From NCBI GenBank assembly GCA_029261995.1, contig JAJDAF010000050.1:215152-279151 (forward strand): a stretch of DNA of 64,000 nucleotides. The letters are read 5' to 3'. The notes beneath the pieces are model-generated. The model saw only the letters and a list, made by a program, of their open reading frames with translations, was not told where the DNA came from and searched no databases. The number at the start of each line of letters is the position of its first letter. Positions within the stretch are counted from its first letter, which is position 1. Below are positions 46,601-56,700 of the stretch, piece by piece. The translations under genes were made by a program, and so were the position numbers. The DNA is from Candidatus Zhuqueibacterota bacterium (GTDB taxonomy: Bacteria; Zhuqueibacterota; Zhuqueibacteria; Oceanimicrobiales; Oceanimicrobiaceae).

Positions 46601-48074
46601 GATTCTTCACCTCACCGTCCTGCCTGTCAATGACATCCCGGTTGCCGTGCCGGACAGCATTCTCACCCTGTGGGCTGACTCAATCGCTGTACCTGTGTTG
46701 GGCAACGACTTTGATATTGATGACGAGTTAAAACCGGCTTCCGTGAGAATTGTGCGCGGCTCGCAAGCCAATGCCGTGCTGCATGTGTCTCCTGAAACCG
46801 GCGTTGTGTTCTATCTTCCGGCCCTGCATTTTTCTGGTGTTGACTCTTTCGCCTACACGGTTGAAGACAACGCCGGAGCAGTTTCGAATGAGGCGCTTGT
46901 CAAGATTCTCTTGCAGGACGGCAACCGCCCACCTGTGGCCGTCAACGATAGCGTTGACACGGCTGAAAACGTTGCTGTCGTCATCCCGATTGCTGCCAAC
47001 GACACCGATCCGGAAGGAAATCTAGATCTAACTTCAGTCACGATTTCGACGCAGCCTGTCTCTGGGACTGTTTCGATAGACGAGCAGACCGGCGCGGTTA
47101 GTTACATGCCGAACCCCGGATTTCGGGGGACCGATACTTTTGGCTACACTATTGAGGATGCCTTCGACCTGCTTTCCAACGAGGCTACGGTTTTGGTCAG
47201 GGTCGGGCATAGCAATCATGCGCCTGAGATTACCGGTTTCACACCGGAATTGCTGCTGCTTGCGTTACAACAGAACGAGACCAAACATTTCTCCGTCACG
47301 GCATCTGACGCAGATGGCGATGCGCTCACTTACTCCTGGGTGCTGCGCAATGAACTTACCGGAGAACAAGACCAGGTATCAAGCGACTCCGAGTATTTGT
47401 TGAATGCTACTGTCCTGCAACCCGCAGGCTATTCGCTGAACGCGGCCATTTCGGACGGCGATGCGTCAGCCACACTGGAGTGGCGGCTCGACGTGGTTAG
47501 TTCTGTCGAATTGACTCAGTTTGAAGTCCATTTCGCCGAATTCACCGGAGCCCAGATATCATGGTCTACCAGCCGTGAAAGCCGGAATAGTGGTTTCAAT
47601 CTTCTGCGCAGCCAATCCGAAACTGGAGAGTTCGTGCGGTTGAATGACGAGCTTCTCAATCCACGAGAGGATGGACTCTATGAATTCATCGACCCGGACG
47701 TAACTCCAGGCAGCTATTTTTACACCCTCGAAGACGTTGACATAAACGGCCGCAAGAGTCTTCATGGCCCGATTGCCGTAGAAATCGCCGTTCCACGAGA
47801 TTTTTCGGTGAGCCGGAACTACCCGAATCCATTCAATCCGGAAACCCGGATTCGATTTGAGTTGCCATCTTCCGGGCGGATTGTCCTGGCCATATACAAT
47901 GTCGTCGGCCAACTGGTCAAGACCTTGGCGGACGAGAGCATGGAGGCAGGGTTTCACGTGGCAAGCTGGGATGGCCGCAACGAAAATGGCCAGGTCGTGG
48001 GTTCCGGTATCTACTACTACCGTGTTAACTTTCAGAGCAAATCCTTCACGGGTAGAATGTTGCTGATGAAATAG
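43638..48074 (+). CDS. secreted FG-GAP/VCBS 7-blade propeller protein with Ig-like, IPT/TIG, DNRLRE (CBM96-like) and Big_9-like domains and T9SS-like CTD
   Basis: GAGGA RBS; signal peptide; 7 DxDxDGDxD-type loops; three 'L/V..P..G......W' Ig domains; PEIRSFEPISGPPG; DDAQVK...SYLKF...PKLVV; three PVAVND-type repeats; NYPNPFNPET...RMLLMK. Confidence 0.85.
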   Translation: MLRLLLLLSALTYTIPNLAFSQVEFQRHTIFSELRGAYWVHAIDVDGDGDLDLVSAAFDGIDWWENDGNQNFSQRSVDTQMQGAWSAHADDMDNDGDIDILACSPTDDEVVLWLNDGQQNFDDKIVIDNKGQDPETVLTTDLDQDGNRDIMVAMWESRHIVWYRNKGDGVFEKNVVERDMKGAHSVAAGDLDGDGDVDLVANGSSETNWYMNTGNQSFVTVPLSATGGLVIHTTDLDQDGDMDILRSQRDNGDIDWFENDGAGSFTERNIATEFGDCWSVRTGDVDADGDLDVAAAGFEANNITVWLNDGTETFGPGIVLGNVNTPRFVQIADIDGDGDGDVAAAIRDDRDLAWYEKVGSPPPPKSLTLVAPASGDTLLAASQFEVNWTSTGEIADVRIEFSADNGQSWNQVVTVPNSGSYLWSVPDISSPFALLRISGSLEGEPSVQHETPFTVLRAQDFPRRVTLVSPNGGERMFIDSTFTVTWVSEGPVTLVGLEFSADNGLQWIPIVSQTQNDGSYAWNVPDVPSQTCLLRVTDVEDPSVFDGSDANFAIERFVVPQTITVVSPATGESIWADSSFVIAWNSTGEISNVRLDFSADSGLSWSVIDSSAPNAGSFLWTVPDTSSQNCLIRIADAADSVPSTLSPGAFTIRRMRDLAPEIRSFEPISGPPGTLVTLRGKQFSEITRVDISGVSAPFAMVSDTVVVITIPQAATTGFISATNFAGTGVSLSAFEVSAGLETVTLFFPPTDDAQVKLDSPGRNYGDKLSFKVELGSFQSYLKFKVDGVAGRLVSATLQLIVSAPSSFGGRLHHVSNDMVGSSTPWTEDSLSFDNAPLVTGSPIDSVEAVTLGEKVQFDVQTAISGDSTISFALTSSSGDQVEYHSKESDFAPKLVVVIEREGNIAPYAQRDHGVTFEDTPVTVEVLANDVDPDGNVDALSLAIVAPPSSGSATLSAGQIEFTPQQDFFGEDSLAYTVSDDAGKVSNAAILHLTVLPVNDIPVAVPDSILTLWADSIAVPVLGNDFDIDDELKPASVRIVRGSQANAVLHVSPETGVVFYLPALHFSGVDSFAYTVEDNAGAVSNEALVKILLQDGNRPPVAVNDSVDTAENVAVVIPIAANDTDPEGNLDLTSVTISTQPVSGTVSIDEQTGAVSYMPNPGFRGTDTFGYTIEDAFDLLSNEATVLVRVGHSNHAPEITGFTPELLLLALQQNETKHFSVTASDADGDALTYSWVLRNELTGEQDQVSSDSEYLLNATVLQPAGYSLNAAISDGDASATLEWRLDVVSSVELTQFEVHFAEFTGAQISWSTSRESRNSGFNLLRSQSETGEFVRLNDELLNPREDGLYEFIDPDVTPGSYFYTLEDVDINGRKSLHGPIAVEIAVPRDFSVSRNYPNPFNPETRIRFELPSSGRIVLAIYNVVGQLVKTLADESMEAGFHVASWDGRNENGQVVGSGIYYYRVNFQSKSFTGRMLLMK

Positions 48075-48251
48075 GACGATTTCCCTCGGGGCAGAACCCA
48101 CTGTCGCATTTTTTTTCGACAAACTGCCCTTTCCCGTCTGCAAAACCTACTCGCAAGCCGTATAGTTAAATTGAAAATATTATGCCTTTTTGTGGCTGCT
48201 CACGGACGATTGGTCATGCACCTTTGACTTTCTACCTCTGGAGACCGAACG

Positions 48252-51200
48252 TTGCGCAAACGACTTGCTGCTCCCGTTTTCTTGATCCTCTCACTCCTGC
48301 TTGCGCCCGCTATTGGGGCCCAGCCATCATTTACCCGCCACCTGGTTGACGGCGCGCTTCGTGGCTCCTATTGGGTTCATGCGACAGACGTCGATGGTGA
48401 CGGTGACATCGACTTGGTTTCCGCTGCGTTTGATGGCATCGACTGGTGGGAGAACGACGGCAATGAGAATTTCACCAAGCATCTCGTGGACAGGATGCAG
48501 GGTAATTGGAGCGCGCATGCGGACGACCTGGATAATGATGGCGATGTCGATATCCTAGCCTGTTCACCCTCTGAAGATATCACCATGTTTTATGAGAACA
48601 ACGGTTCAGAATCATTCGACAAGATTTTGGTGGACGACCGCGGTCTTGACCCGGAGAGGGTGCACGCTGTTGACATTGATGGCGACGGCGATTTGGATAT
48701 TCTGGCGCCACTTTGGGAGGACCGCGACCTGGCGTGGTACCGCAATGACGGCAACTCCTTTTTGAAGCGCGTCATCGACGGTAACTTGTTCGGCGCACAT
48801 TCCATCAGCGCCGCTGACTTCGACGGCGACGGTGACATCGATGTGGTTGGCTCAGGTTCGGGCAAAACCAAGTGGTACGAAAACAATGGTTCCGAGTCTT
48901 TCACCCATCGTGAAATCGATGGCGTTGGTGGCCTGAGCGTGAATGTCGCCGACATCGACAGCGATGGTGACATAGATATCCTGCGAACTCAACGCAACAA
49001 CGGCGACGTTGACTGGTATGAAAACAATGGCAATGGTGATTTCACTGAGCGCCAGATTGAGAGTCAGTTCGGCGACTCCTGGGCAGCGGTTGCCGGCGAC
49101 ATTGACGGCGATGGTGATCTGGATGTTGCCGCGGCCGGCTTTGACGCGAATAATATCACCGTGTGGTTCAATCAGGGCCAGGGTAGCTTTGGACCAGCGG
49201 TTGTGGTTGCGGGAGGGACAGAGCCTCGCTCAGTTTACATCGAAGACATCGATGGCGATGGCGACGGCGATATATGCGCGGCAGTCCGCGGCGACAGGGA
49301 CTTGCTCTGGTTCGAAGTAGATGGCGTACCTACGCCTTCCGGGACGCTGACACTGACCGCGCCAAATGGCGGCGAGTCGTATGTCCAGGGCCAGAATGTA
49401 AGTGTGATGTGGAACGCAACCGGCACTTTCGCCGACATCAAGATCGAGCTTTCTCAGGACGACGGCAACAGTTGGTCTACCATCAGGAACAGCACCTCGA
49501 ATGACGGCAGCTACACGTGGAGCGTCCCCGCCACGCCATCGGACCTGTGCCTGATCCGGATTTCAGATGCGGCGGATGGATCGCCATCGGACATCAGCGA
49601 TGCCAGATTCACCATTGCAGCCGAGCCCACACCACAGATCTCTTCGTTCAATCCAAGCAGCGGAGAGCCGGGCACGGATGTCACGATTCTGGGCTCGACC
49701 CTTAGCGCTGTCAACGAAGTCAAGTTTAACGGCGCGGTGACGACATTTTTCATTCTTTCAGACACCGTGATAACCGCCACAGTGCCTGTCGGCGCAATAA
49801 CCGGTAAAATTGGCGTGAGTGACGGGGTCAACTCTCAGCAAAGTTCGCAGATTTTCACCGTGACCTCTGGTGGGGGCGCTGCTGTAGAGACCTTTCAGTC
49901 GGTCCACGACGCTCAGGTGAAGCTCACCGCGCTGGGCTCGAACTATGGTAGTAAATCCTCCACAAAAGTGGAAGTGAATAAGTTTGTTTCCTATTTCAAA
50001 TTTGAGGTTTCGGGATTGAACGACCCCGTTTCCAACGCCAGACTGCGTTTATTCTGCACAGGAGGCAGCGTTGAGGGCGGAGATGTTCGCCGGGTAGCAA
50101 ACAGCTATGCCAACTCAGCCACGGATTGGCAAGAGCAGGATCTCACTGCCGACAACGCGCCGCAACTTGATGCTCCTCAGGTCGGCAGTCTCGGTCCCGT
50201 TGCGGCGGAGACCCTCGTCGAAGTTGATGTTACCGCAGCAGTGAACGGGAACGGCACATTCAGTTTTGCCATTCAGAGCGGTACAGGGGATCAGGCAAAG
50301 TTCTCTACCAAAGAAGGGAGTGTCCCGCCCGAGTTGATCGTTGAAACGACTCCGGGGAGTGGGACTACTAAGTATTCTCTTGGTACGACCACGGTCGGTT
50401 CCGGCTCGGTTTCCCTGAGTCCGGCGGGTGGCGTTTACGAGAACAACACTTCCGTGCAACTCACGGCCATGCCAGTTTCAGGGTGGCAGTTTGCTGGCTG
50501 GGGCGGGGATCTCAGCGGTTTGGAGAATCCAGCCACCATCACGATGACCGCAAACAAAAATGTAACGGCCACATTCACGGAGCAGGGCGGAGGTGGCTCG
50601 TCGCTTACCTTTAACCCAGTCGATGATGCGAGGGTCAAATCGACCAGTCCTGACGGGAATTACGGAAGCGACGTGGAACTGCGCATTCGCAAAGGCAGCC
50701 CGAGCTATGACAGCTATCTGAAGTTTCAGGTCAGTGGGTTGACTGGTGGCGTCTCAAGCGCTACTTTGCGCCTCTATGTCACCGACGGTAGTCCTGGTGG
50801 TGGTGACATCTACTCGGTCTCAAATACCTACCGGGGCAGCAATGGTGCCTGGGATGAAGGTGGCCTGACTTGGGACAATCGGCCCGTCATAGAGGGAACA
50901 CCGCTATCATCAGTCGGTGAGGTTGTAGCAGAATCCTGGGCTGAGTTTGATGTGACATCAGCGATGGTCGGGAATGGAACGTTTAGTTTCGGAATTATGA
51001 ACAACACCTCAAACAGCGCCAAATACTACTCCAAAGAGGGCAGTAAACCGCCCGAGCTGGTGGTCGTCTCCGAGACCGGTGGCGTGACCCAATATGCAGT
51101 CGTCGCTTCCACGCAGGGCGCGGGAGCAGTCTCATTCAGTCCACCCACAGGGCTTTACGACGAGAACACCCAGGTGCAACTTACGGCAGTTCCAGAAAAC

Positions 51201-53399
51201 GGTTGGCAGTTTGTCGGTTGGAGCGGAGATCTGAGTGGTTCTCTCAACCCCGAGTCGTTGACAATGGATGGCAACAAGGGTGTTACGGCCACATTCTCCG
51301 AGATTCCGCTGCAAGAGTACTCACTGAGTGCGACGACATCTGGTTCGGGCAGTGTGACGTTCAACCCGGCGGGCGGAGTTTACCCTGCTGATACTCAGGT
51401 GCAGGTGACCGCGGCTCCGGCAAGCGGCTGGCAGTTTGATGGATGGAGCGGAAACTTGAGCGGCTCAGCCAATCCAGCCACTGTCGCGATGAATGCAAAC
51501 AAGAATGTGACGGCCAACTTTTCAGAAGCTACGGTCGAAGAATTCACTCTCTCCGCCATGGTGACCGGCTCGGGGAGCGTAACTCTGAATCCTGCCGGGG
51601 GAACCTACCTGGCAGGGACGCAAGTGCAGTTGACTGCGGATGCTGCTTCTGGTTGGCAGCTTGATTCGTGGGGTGGTGATCTTAGCGGCAACTCGGTAAC
51701 CCAAACCCTGACAATGAACTCAAACAAGAGTGTCACTGCTTCTTTCTTGCAGCAGAGTGGCGGCAGCTCGGCCATTGTCTTCAACCCAATCGAAGATTCG
51801 CGTGTCAAGTCCAGCAGTCCTGATGGAAACTACGGCGGTGACGGCGAACTGCGCCTGCGCAAGGGCAGCCCGAACTATGACAGCTATCTGAAATTTCAGG
51901 TCAGCGGCCTGTCCGGCGCTGTGTCAATTGCGACGTTGCGACTCTATGTGACCGACGGAGGTTCAGACGGAGGAGAGGTCTATTCGGTTTCAAACAGCTA
52001 TCGGGGGAGCAATTCATCCTGGGATGAAGATGTCTTGACTTGGAACAATCGACCCGTGATCGATGGTGCGCCACTTTCGACCGTCGGCGAGGTCGCGGTC
52101 GATTCCTGGGTTGAATTTGATGTGACCTCTGCCGTGACTGGAACCGGCACCTTCAGTTTTGGCCTTCTGAACAACAACTCGAACAGCATTAAGTATTTCT
52201 CAAAGGAAGGCGCAAATCCGCCGGAGCTGATTGTGACTTCGGGCTCAGGCAGCGGGAGTAGCAATCAGCCCCCGGTCGCCGTCGATGATGCCGCCACGAC
52301 TGCGCAGAGCGTGTCCGTGGTTATCAATATCGCGGGCAATGACACCGACTCTGACGGCGCACTTGACCTTGCTTCGGTTGTGTTGACGAGTCAGCCCGCT
52401 AGTGGTTCAGCGTCAGCGAATCCAGTCTCAGGGCTGGTGACTTATGCGCCGGCCATCGGCTTCTCTGGAACGGATAGCTTTTCTTACGTGATAAATGACA
52501 ATGAAGGGGCAACATCCAACCAGGCGACCGTATTGATTTCAGTGATCGGTAGTGGCGGAGGAGGCACATCTACCATTTCCTTCGCTCCCGTGGATGATAA
52601 TCAGGTCAAAGTCACCGAATCCGGTCGAAACTACGGCGACAAGAGCACGATGAAGGTAGAGCAAAACAAGTTCGTATCGTACTTCAAGTTTGTTGTGCAG
52701 GGGCTGACCGGTCCGGTTCAGTCCGCCAAGCTTCGGTTGTATGCAGTCAGTAGCAGTGACGACGGCGGCTCGATGTATCCTGTTTCAAACCATTTTGCCG
52801 GATCAAGTGCAGAGTGGCTGGAAGAGAGCCTGAATGCCGGAAACGCACCTGAGATTTTGGAATCGCCGATTGCGACTTTTGGCAGGGTAAAAGTAGAGAC
52901 ATTTGTCGAGGTAGACATCACTTCCGCGGTTACCGGCAATGACACGTACTCGTTTGCGCTGGCCAGCAATTCCAGCGACCAGATCAAGTATGAGACGAAG
53001 GAAGGCACTAACGCACCGGAACTCACCGTGGAGTTTGGTGGAACTGCAACATTGGGGACTCCCGACGATGTCGTGGCGGAATTCTCGATGCTGACCGAAG
53101 GCGCCCGAGTCGCACTGCCTGAGACTTTCGGCTTGAGCCAGAACTATCCTAATCCGTTCAACGCCGGCACCAACATAGAGTATGCATTGCCAGAGGGAGC
53201 GGCAGTCAGAATCGTGCTCTACAATCTCATCGGTCAGGAAGTCAGGACACTGATCGACCGTTTCCAGGATGCTGGCTTTCGAAACGTCCATTGGAATGGC
53301 AAGGACAATTCCGGGCTAGATGTTAGCTCTGGAGTCTATTTTGTGCAAATGGTGGTTGGCGAGCGCAAGTTTGTTCGTCGGGCTATGCTGCAGAAATAA
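48252..53399 (+). CDS. secreted FG-GAP propeller protein with IPT/TIG, four DNRLRE (CBM96-like) domains, four InlB B-repeat-like domains, Big_9-like domain and T9SS-like CTD
   Basis: GGAGA RBS and TTG start; signal peptide; 7 FG-GAP loops; four D(A/S/N)(Q/R)VK...SY(F/L)KF...SKEG..PEL blocks; four 'G.G.V...P.GG.Y...T.V.L.A.P..GWQF.GW.G' repeats; NYPNPFNAGT...RAMLQK. Confidence 0.85.
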   Translation: MRKRLAAPVFLILSLLLAPAIGAQPSFTRHLVDGALRGSYWVHATDVDGDGDIDLVSAAFDGIDWWENDGNENFTKHLVDRMQGNWSAHADDLDNDGDVDILACSPSEDITMFYENNGSESFDKILVDDRGLDPERVHAVDIDGDGDLDILAPLWEDRDLAWYRNDGNSFLKRVIDGNLFGAHSISAADFDGDGDIDVVGSGSGKTKWYENNGSESFTHREIDGVGGLSVNVADIDSDGDIDILRTQRNNGDVDWYENNGNGDFTERQIESQFGDSWAAVAGDIDGDGDLDVAAAGFDANNITVWFNQGQGSFGPAVVVAGGTEPRSVYIEDIDGDGDGDICAAVRGDRDLLWFEVDGVPTPSGTLTLTAPNGGESYVQGQNVSVMWNATGTFADIKIELSQDDGNSWSTIRNSTSNDGSYTWSVPATPSDLCLIRISDAADGSPSDISDARFTIAAEPTPQISSFNPSSGEPGTDVTILGSTLSAVNEVKFNGAVTTFFILSDTVITATVPVGAITGKIGVSDGVNSQQSSQIFTVTSGGGAAVETFQSVHDAQVKLTALGSNYGSKSSTKVEVNKFVSYFKFEVSGLNDPVSNARLRLFCTGGSVEGGDVRRVANSYANSATDWQEQDLTADNAPQLDAPQVGSLGPVAAETLVEVDVTAAVNGNGTFSFAIQSGTGDQAKFSTKEGSVPPELIVETTPGSGTTKYSLGTTTVGSGSVSLSPAGGVYENNTSVQLTAMPVSGWQFAGWGGDLSGLENPATITMTANKNVTATFTEQGGGGSSLTFNPVDDARVKSTSPDGNYGSDVELRIRKGSPSYDSYLKFQVSGLTGGVSSATLRLYVTDGSPGGGDIYSVSNTYRGSNGAWDEGGLTWDNRPVIEGTPLSSVGEVVAESWAEFDVTSAMVGNGTFSFGIMNNTSNSAKYYSKEGSKPPELVVVSETGGVTQYAVVASTQGAGAVSFSPPTGLYDENTQVQLTAVPENGWQFVGWSGDLSGSLNPESLTMDGNKGVTATFSEIPLQEYSLSATTSGSGSVTFNPAGGVYPADTQVQVTAAPASGWQFDGWSGNLSGSANPATVAMNANKNVTANFSEATVEEFTLSAMVTGSGSVTLNPAGGTYLAGTQVQLTADAASGWQLDSWGGDLSGNSVTQTLTMNSNKSVTASFLQQSGGSSAIVFNPIEDSRVKSSSPDGNYGGDGELRLRKGSPNYDSYLKFQVSGLSGAVSIATLRLYVTDGGSDGGEVYSVSNSYRGSNSSWDEDVLTWNNRPVIDGAPLSTVGEVAVDSWVEFDVTSAVTGTGTFSFGLLNNNSNSIKYFSKEGANPPELIVTSGSGSGSSNQPPVAVDDAATTAQSVSVVINIAGNDTDSDGALDLASVVLTSQPASGSASANPVSGLVTYAPAIGFSGTDSFSYVINDNEGATSNQATVLISVIGSGGGGTSTISFAPVDDNQVKVTESGRNYGDKSTMKVEQNKFVSYFKFVVQGLTGPVQSAKLRLYAVSSSDDGGSMYPVSNHFAGSSAEWLEESLNAGNAPEILESPIATFGRVKVETFVEVDITSAVTGNDTYSFALASNSSDQIKYETKEGTNAPELTVEFGGTATLGTPDDVVAEFSMLTEGARVALPETFGLSQNYPNPFNAGTNIEYALPEGAAVRIVLYNLIGQEVRTLIDRFQDAGFRNVHWNGKDNSGLDVSSGVYFVQMVVGERKFVRRAMLQK

Positions 53400-53765
53400 G
53401 CGTTTCCAGTCTCCTGTGAGTCATCTCTTCCGTTTTGTCGGGCTGGCTCCGTGGCCGAAAAGACAAGACGCTACTCTACCCACGTCACGTGACTCTTCTA
53501 TCATTCTCCCGAGGCTACTTAAGTTCACTTTTTGCTCCGCATTCAAGCACGATAAACGGTACTGTTCTGGCATACCGGAGATTTCATCCAGCACATGACA
53601 GGGCGCTGCGGTCGTCTTGAAGCCAGACCGCGTGTTTGCCGCCCAATCATGGTTTTCCGGTCTCGGGGGAGCACGCATCGTCTCCTATATCATCTGGAAT
53701 GCCGATTGTTCCACGGCTAGGAGAATGCCTGCACAGTCACCAACCTTCAACACGAGGGAGCATCT

Positions 53766-56700
53766 ATGCGACAGGTTCGCTACAACTCAGAAATGTGGAT
53801 TGCATCAGTGGTCGTTTTATGTCTGAGCCTTGGCGGTTCAACTTCCGTATTGGCCCAGGGTGAACCTATCACCTTCAGCGTTACCGGCGATATCCCTTAC
53901 GGCACAAATGAAGTGCCCACGATGGCGGAGCAAATAGCCAAACACAACTTGTACAGCCCGTCTGATTTCTTCGTGCATGTCGGCGATCTCAATGCCGGTA
54001 GTGAGTCCTGCAAAGAGTCACGATATATTGAAGTTGCGGAGATGTTGAAGACGCTCGCCGTGCCGGCCTACGTCATTCCCGGCGACAATGAATGGGTGGA
54101 TTGTTCTAACCCCGACCAGGCCTGGAATTGGTGGACTTCCAGTTTTTACGATTTCGAAGATAATTTCTGCGGTGTCCCCATCGTCGAGCGCCAGGATGTC
54201 CGGCCCGAGAATTTTGCATTTATGCTGAAAGGTGTCCTGTTCGTAGGCATCAACATCCCGGCAGGCCGGCAAGGCGGCACGCTGGAAGCGGACCGCCTGC
54301 AGGACGATGCCGACTGGGTAGATTTTCAGTTCACCGACAAGGTCAGCCAGGTTCGGGCGGCGGTTGTTTTTGGACACGCAGGCAATTCCGGCAATCGCGG
54401 GGCATTTTTTACTCAATTTCAGGTTTCAGCCCGCAATTTCGTGAAGCCAGTTCTCTACGTCATGGGTGATCGACATAGCTGGAAGGTCACTGATCCGTGG
54501 ATGGAACCGAACATGATGAAGATTGTGGTCAATCGTGGCGGCCTTGAGGATCCGGTTCAACTCACTGCGGGCATGGGTTCCGACAATAGCATTTGGGAGA
54601 TTGTACGAAATCCGCTTTCAGGGAGTCCGCAACTTTTCAATCGTGAGCCTTGTGTTGAAGCCGGCTCTGATCAGATTATTTCACAGTCTGACATTCTGAA
54701 CCTGAGTGGCAACGCCTCAGATGACGGCGTACCGAACAACCCAGTGAATTTTGAACTCACCTGGAGTAAGGCGAGTGGGCCAGGTACGGTCTCGTTCAAT
54801 GATGTGCATTCGTTGAGCACGACGGCGACGTTCTCAGCACCCGGCAATTATATGGTGCGGCTTACCGGCAACGATGGTGGCCTGCAAGGCACAGATGAAA
54901 TGCTGGTTACTGTCGAGAGCGAGGGGCCGGTGCTCACTGTTAGTGATCCCTTTGTTACGGAAGGCAACAGTGGTACCACCAGTCTCGTATTCACCGTCGA
55001 AGTCGTCAATGCCGACGGCTCCCCGGTGACGGTACACTATCAAACTGCCGACAGTACGGCCCAAGCTGGCCTTGATTATACAGCGATCTCAGGCGACCTG
55101 ACTTTCTCCGGCGGCACAACCACTCGCACTGTCGCTGTGGCTGTCATCGGAGAAACCGATTTCGAGCCCGATGAACTGGTGCAACTCAGGCTTTCAAACG
55201 CTACTGGCGCACCGATTGGGAAGAATGTCGGACTGGGAACCATTGAGAACGACGACCAACCGCAGCAGTTTACACTCGATATTTCCGTGCAGGGCATCGG
55301 CAACATGGCCCCGTCCCCAGGCCCAAATCTCTACATCGAAGATTCACAGGTTATCGTCAGCGCAAGTCAAACGCAAGGCGATTGGGCATTCGACCATTGG
55401 CAAGGCGACCTCACTGGCTCCGCCAACCCCGACACGATTCTCATGGACTCCGACAAGAACATCATCGCGGTGTTCGTTTTTAACAATCCTCCCACTGCAA
55501 GCAACGACAGCTACGCCGTCAACGAAGATGGCAACCTACAGATCACAGCACCAGGCCTTCTGCTCAATGATTCTGATGTGGACGGAGATGCCGTTGTCGT
55601 GGCCGATGTTCAGACTCCCGCGCATGGCAGCGTGACATTCAGCAGAGATGGTGCATTTGGCTACACCCCGACGCCAGATTTTTTTGGCCAAGACACCATG
55701 CTTTATATTGTCCATGATGGCAAGGGCAAGCAGGACACCGCGAATGCTCTCATCGATGTGCTTCCGAGCAATGACCTGCCGGTGGGGGTCGCGGACGTTT
55801 ATGCAGGCGATCCCAACCAGACCGTGGTGGTCGCCGCGCCAGGTGTACTGACCAACGATATCGATGTAGATGGCGACCTGCTGAGCGCACAACTTCAGAC
55901 CACAACCTCCAGTGGCACGTTGAATTTTCTGGCTGATGGCTCATTCACTTATGTGCCTGACAACGGTTTTACAGGCACCGATGAGTTTACCTACCTGGCC
56001 CTGGATAGTCAGGGGCCGAGTACTCTGACTACGGTTGAGGTCGCCATCGGCCTGCCGACCATCTTCACTTTTAATCCACTTGAGGACGGACAGGTTCGAG
56101 ACACGAGTCCGGATCAGAATTATGGCGCCGATGCGACGCTGCGGATCAGAGACGGCAGCCCGCTCTACAGTTCCTTCCTGAAGTTCAATCTCTCAGGAAT
56201 CGGAGCTGTGATTTCGGCCAAACTCAGATTGTATGTCACCGACCCCGGGCCAAATGGTGGCGCCGTGGCCCTGACCTCAAACAACTTCGTTGGCACGAGC
56301 ACGCCGTGGGACGAAGACCTGTTGAACTGGGGCAATGCTCCGGTCATCAATGGCACGCTGTCGAGCCTGGGCGAAGTTTTCGCGGACACCTGGGTCGAGT
56401 TTGATGTCACCAGCGGCGTCTCGGGTCCCGGCATTTACAGCTTCGGCGTGCAGCCGGCGTCAACCAACAGTGTCATTTTCAGTTCGAAGGAAGGCACTCA
56501 TTCACCGCAGCTCATCGTCGAGGCGTTTCCGAGTGGCGGCGGAAGTCTGCCGGACATTACGCTTCTGCCGGCGTCGCACGATTTTGGCGGCGTCAATATT
56601 GACAGCAGCCGAGCCCGCCTGTTTGAAATCAGAAATGACGGCACAGCGGATTTGCTCATCACCAACATAACGCTGCAGGGCGTGGATGTGATCGATTTTG

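Noticed and set aside
48089-48129. Nested inverted repeat GGGCAG...TGTCG-(T-rich loop)-CGACA...CTGCCC after the 48074 stop
   Set aside because: Short stems with the T-run inside the loop; not a convincing terminator or known riboswitch.
35450-53399. Stating that the CTD proteins are secreted by a bona fide T9SS
   Set aside because: Only the CTD-like sequence is visible. No T9SS machinery is in the window, so the export route is unproven.
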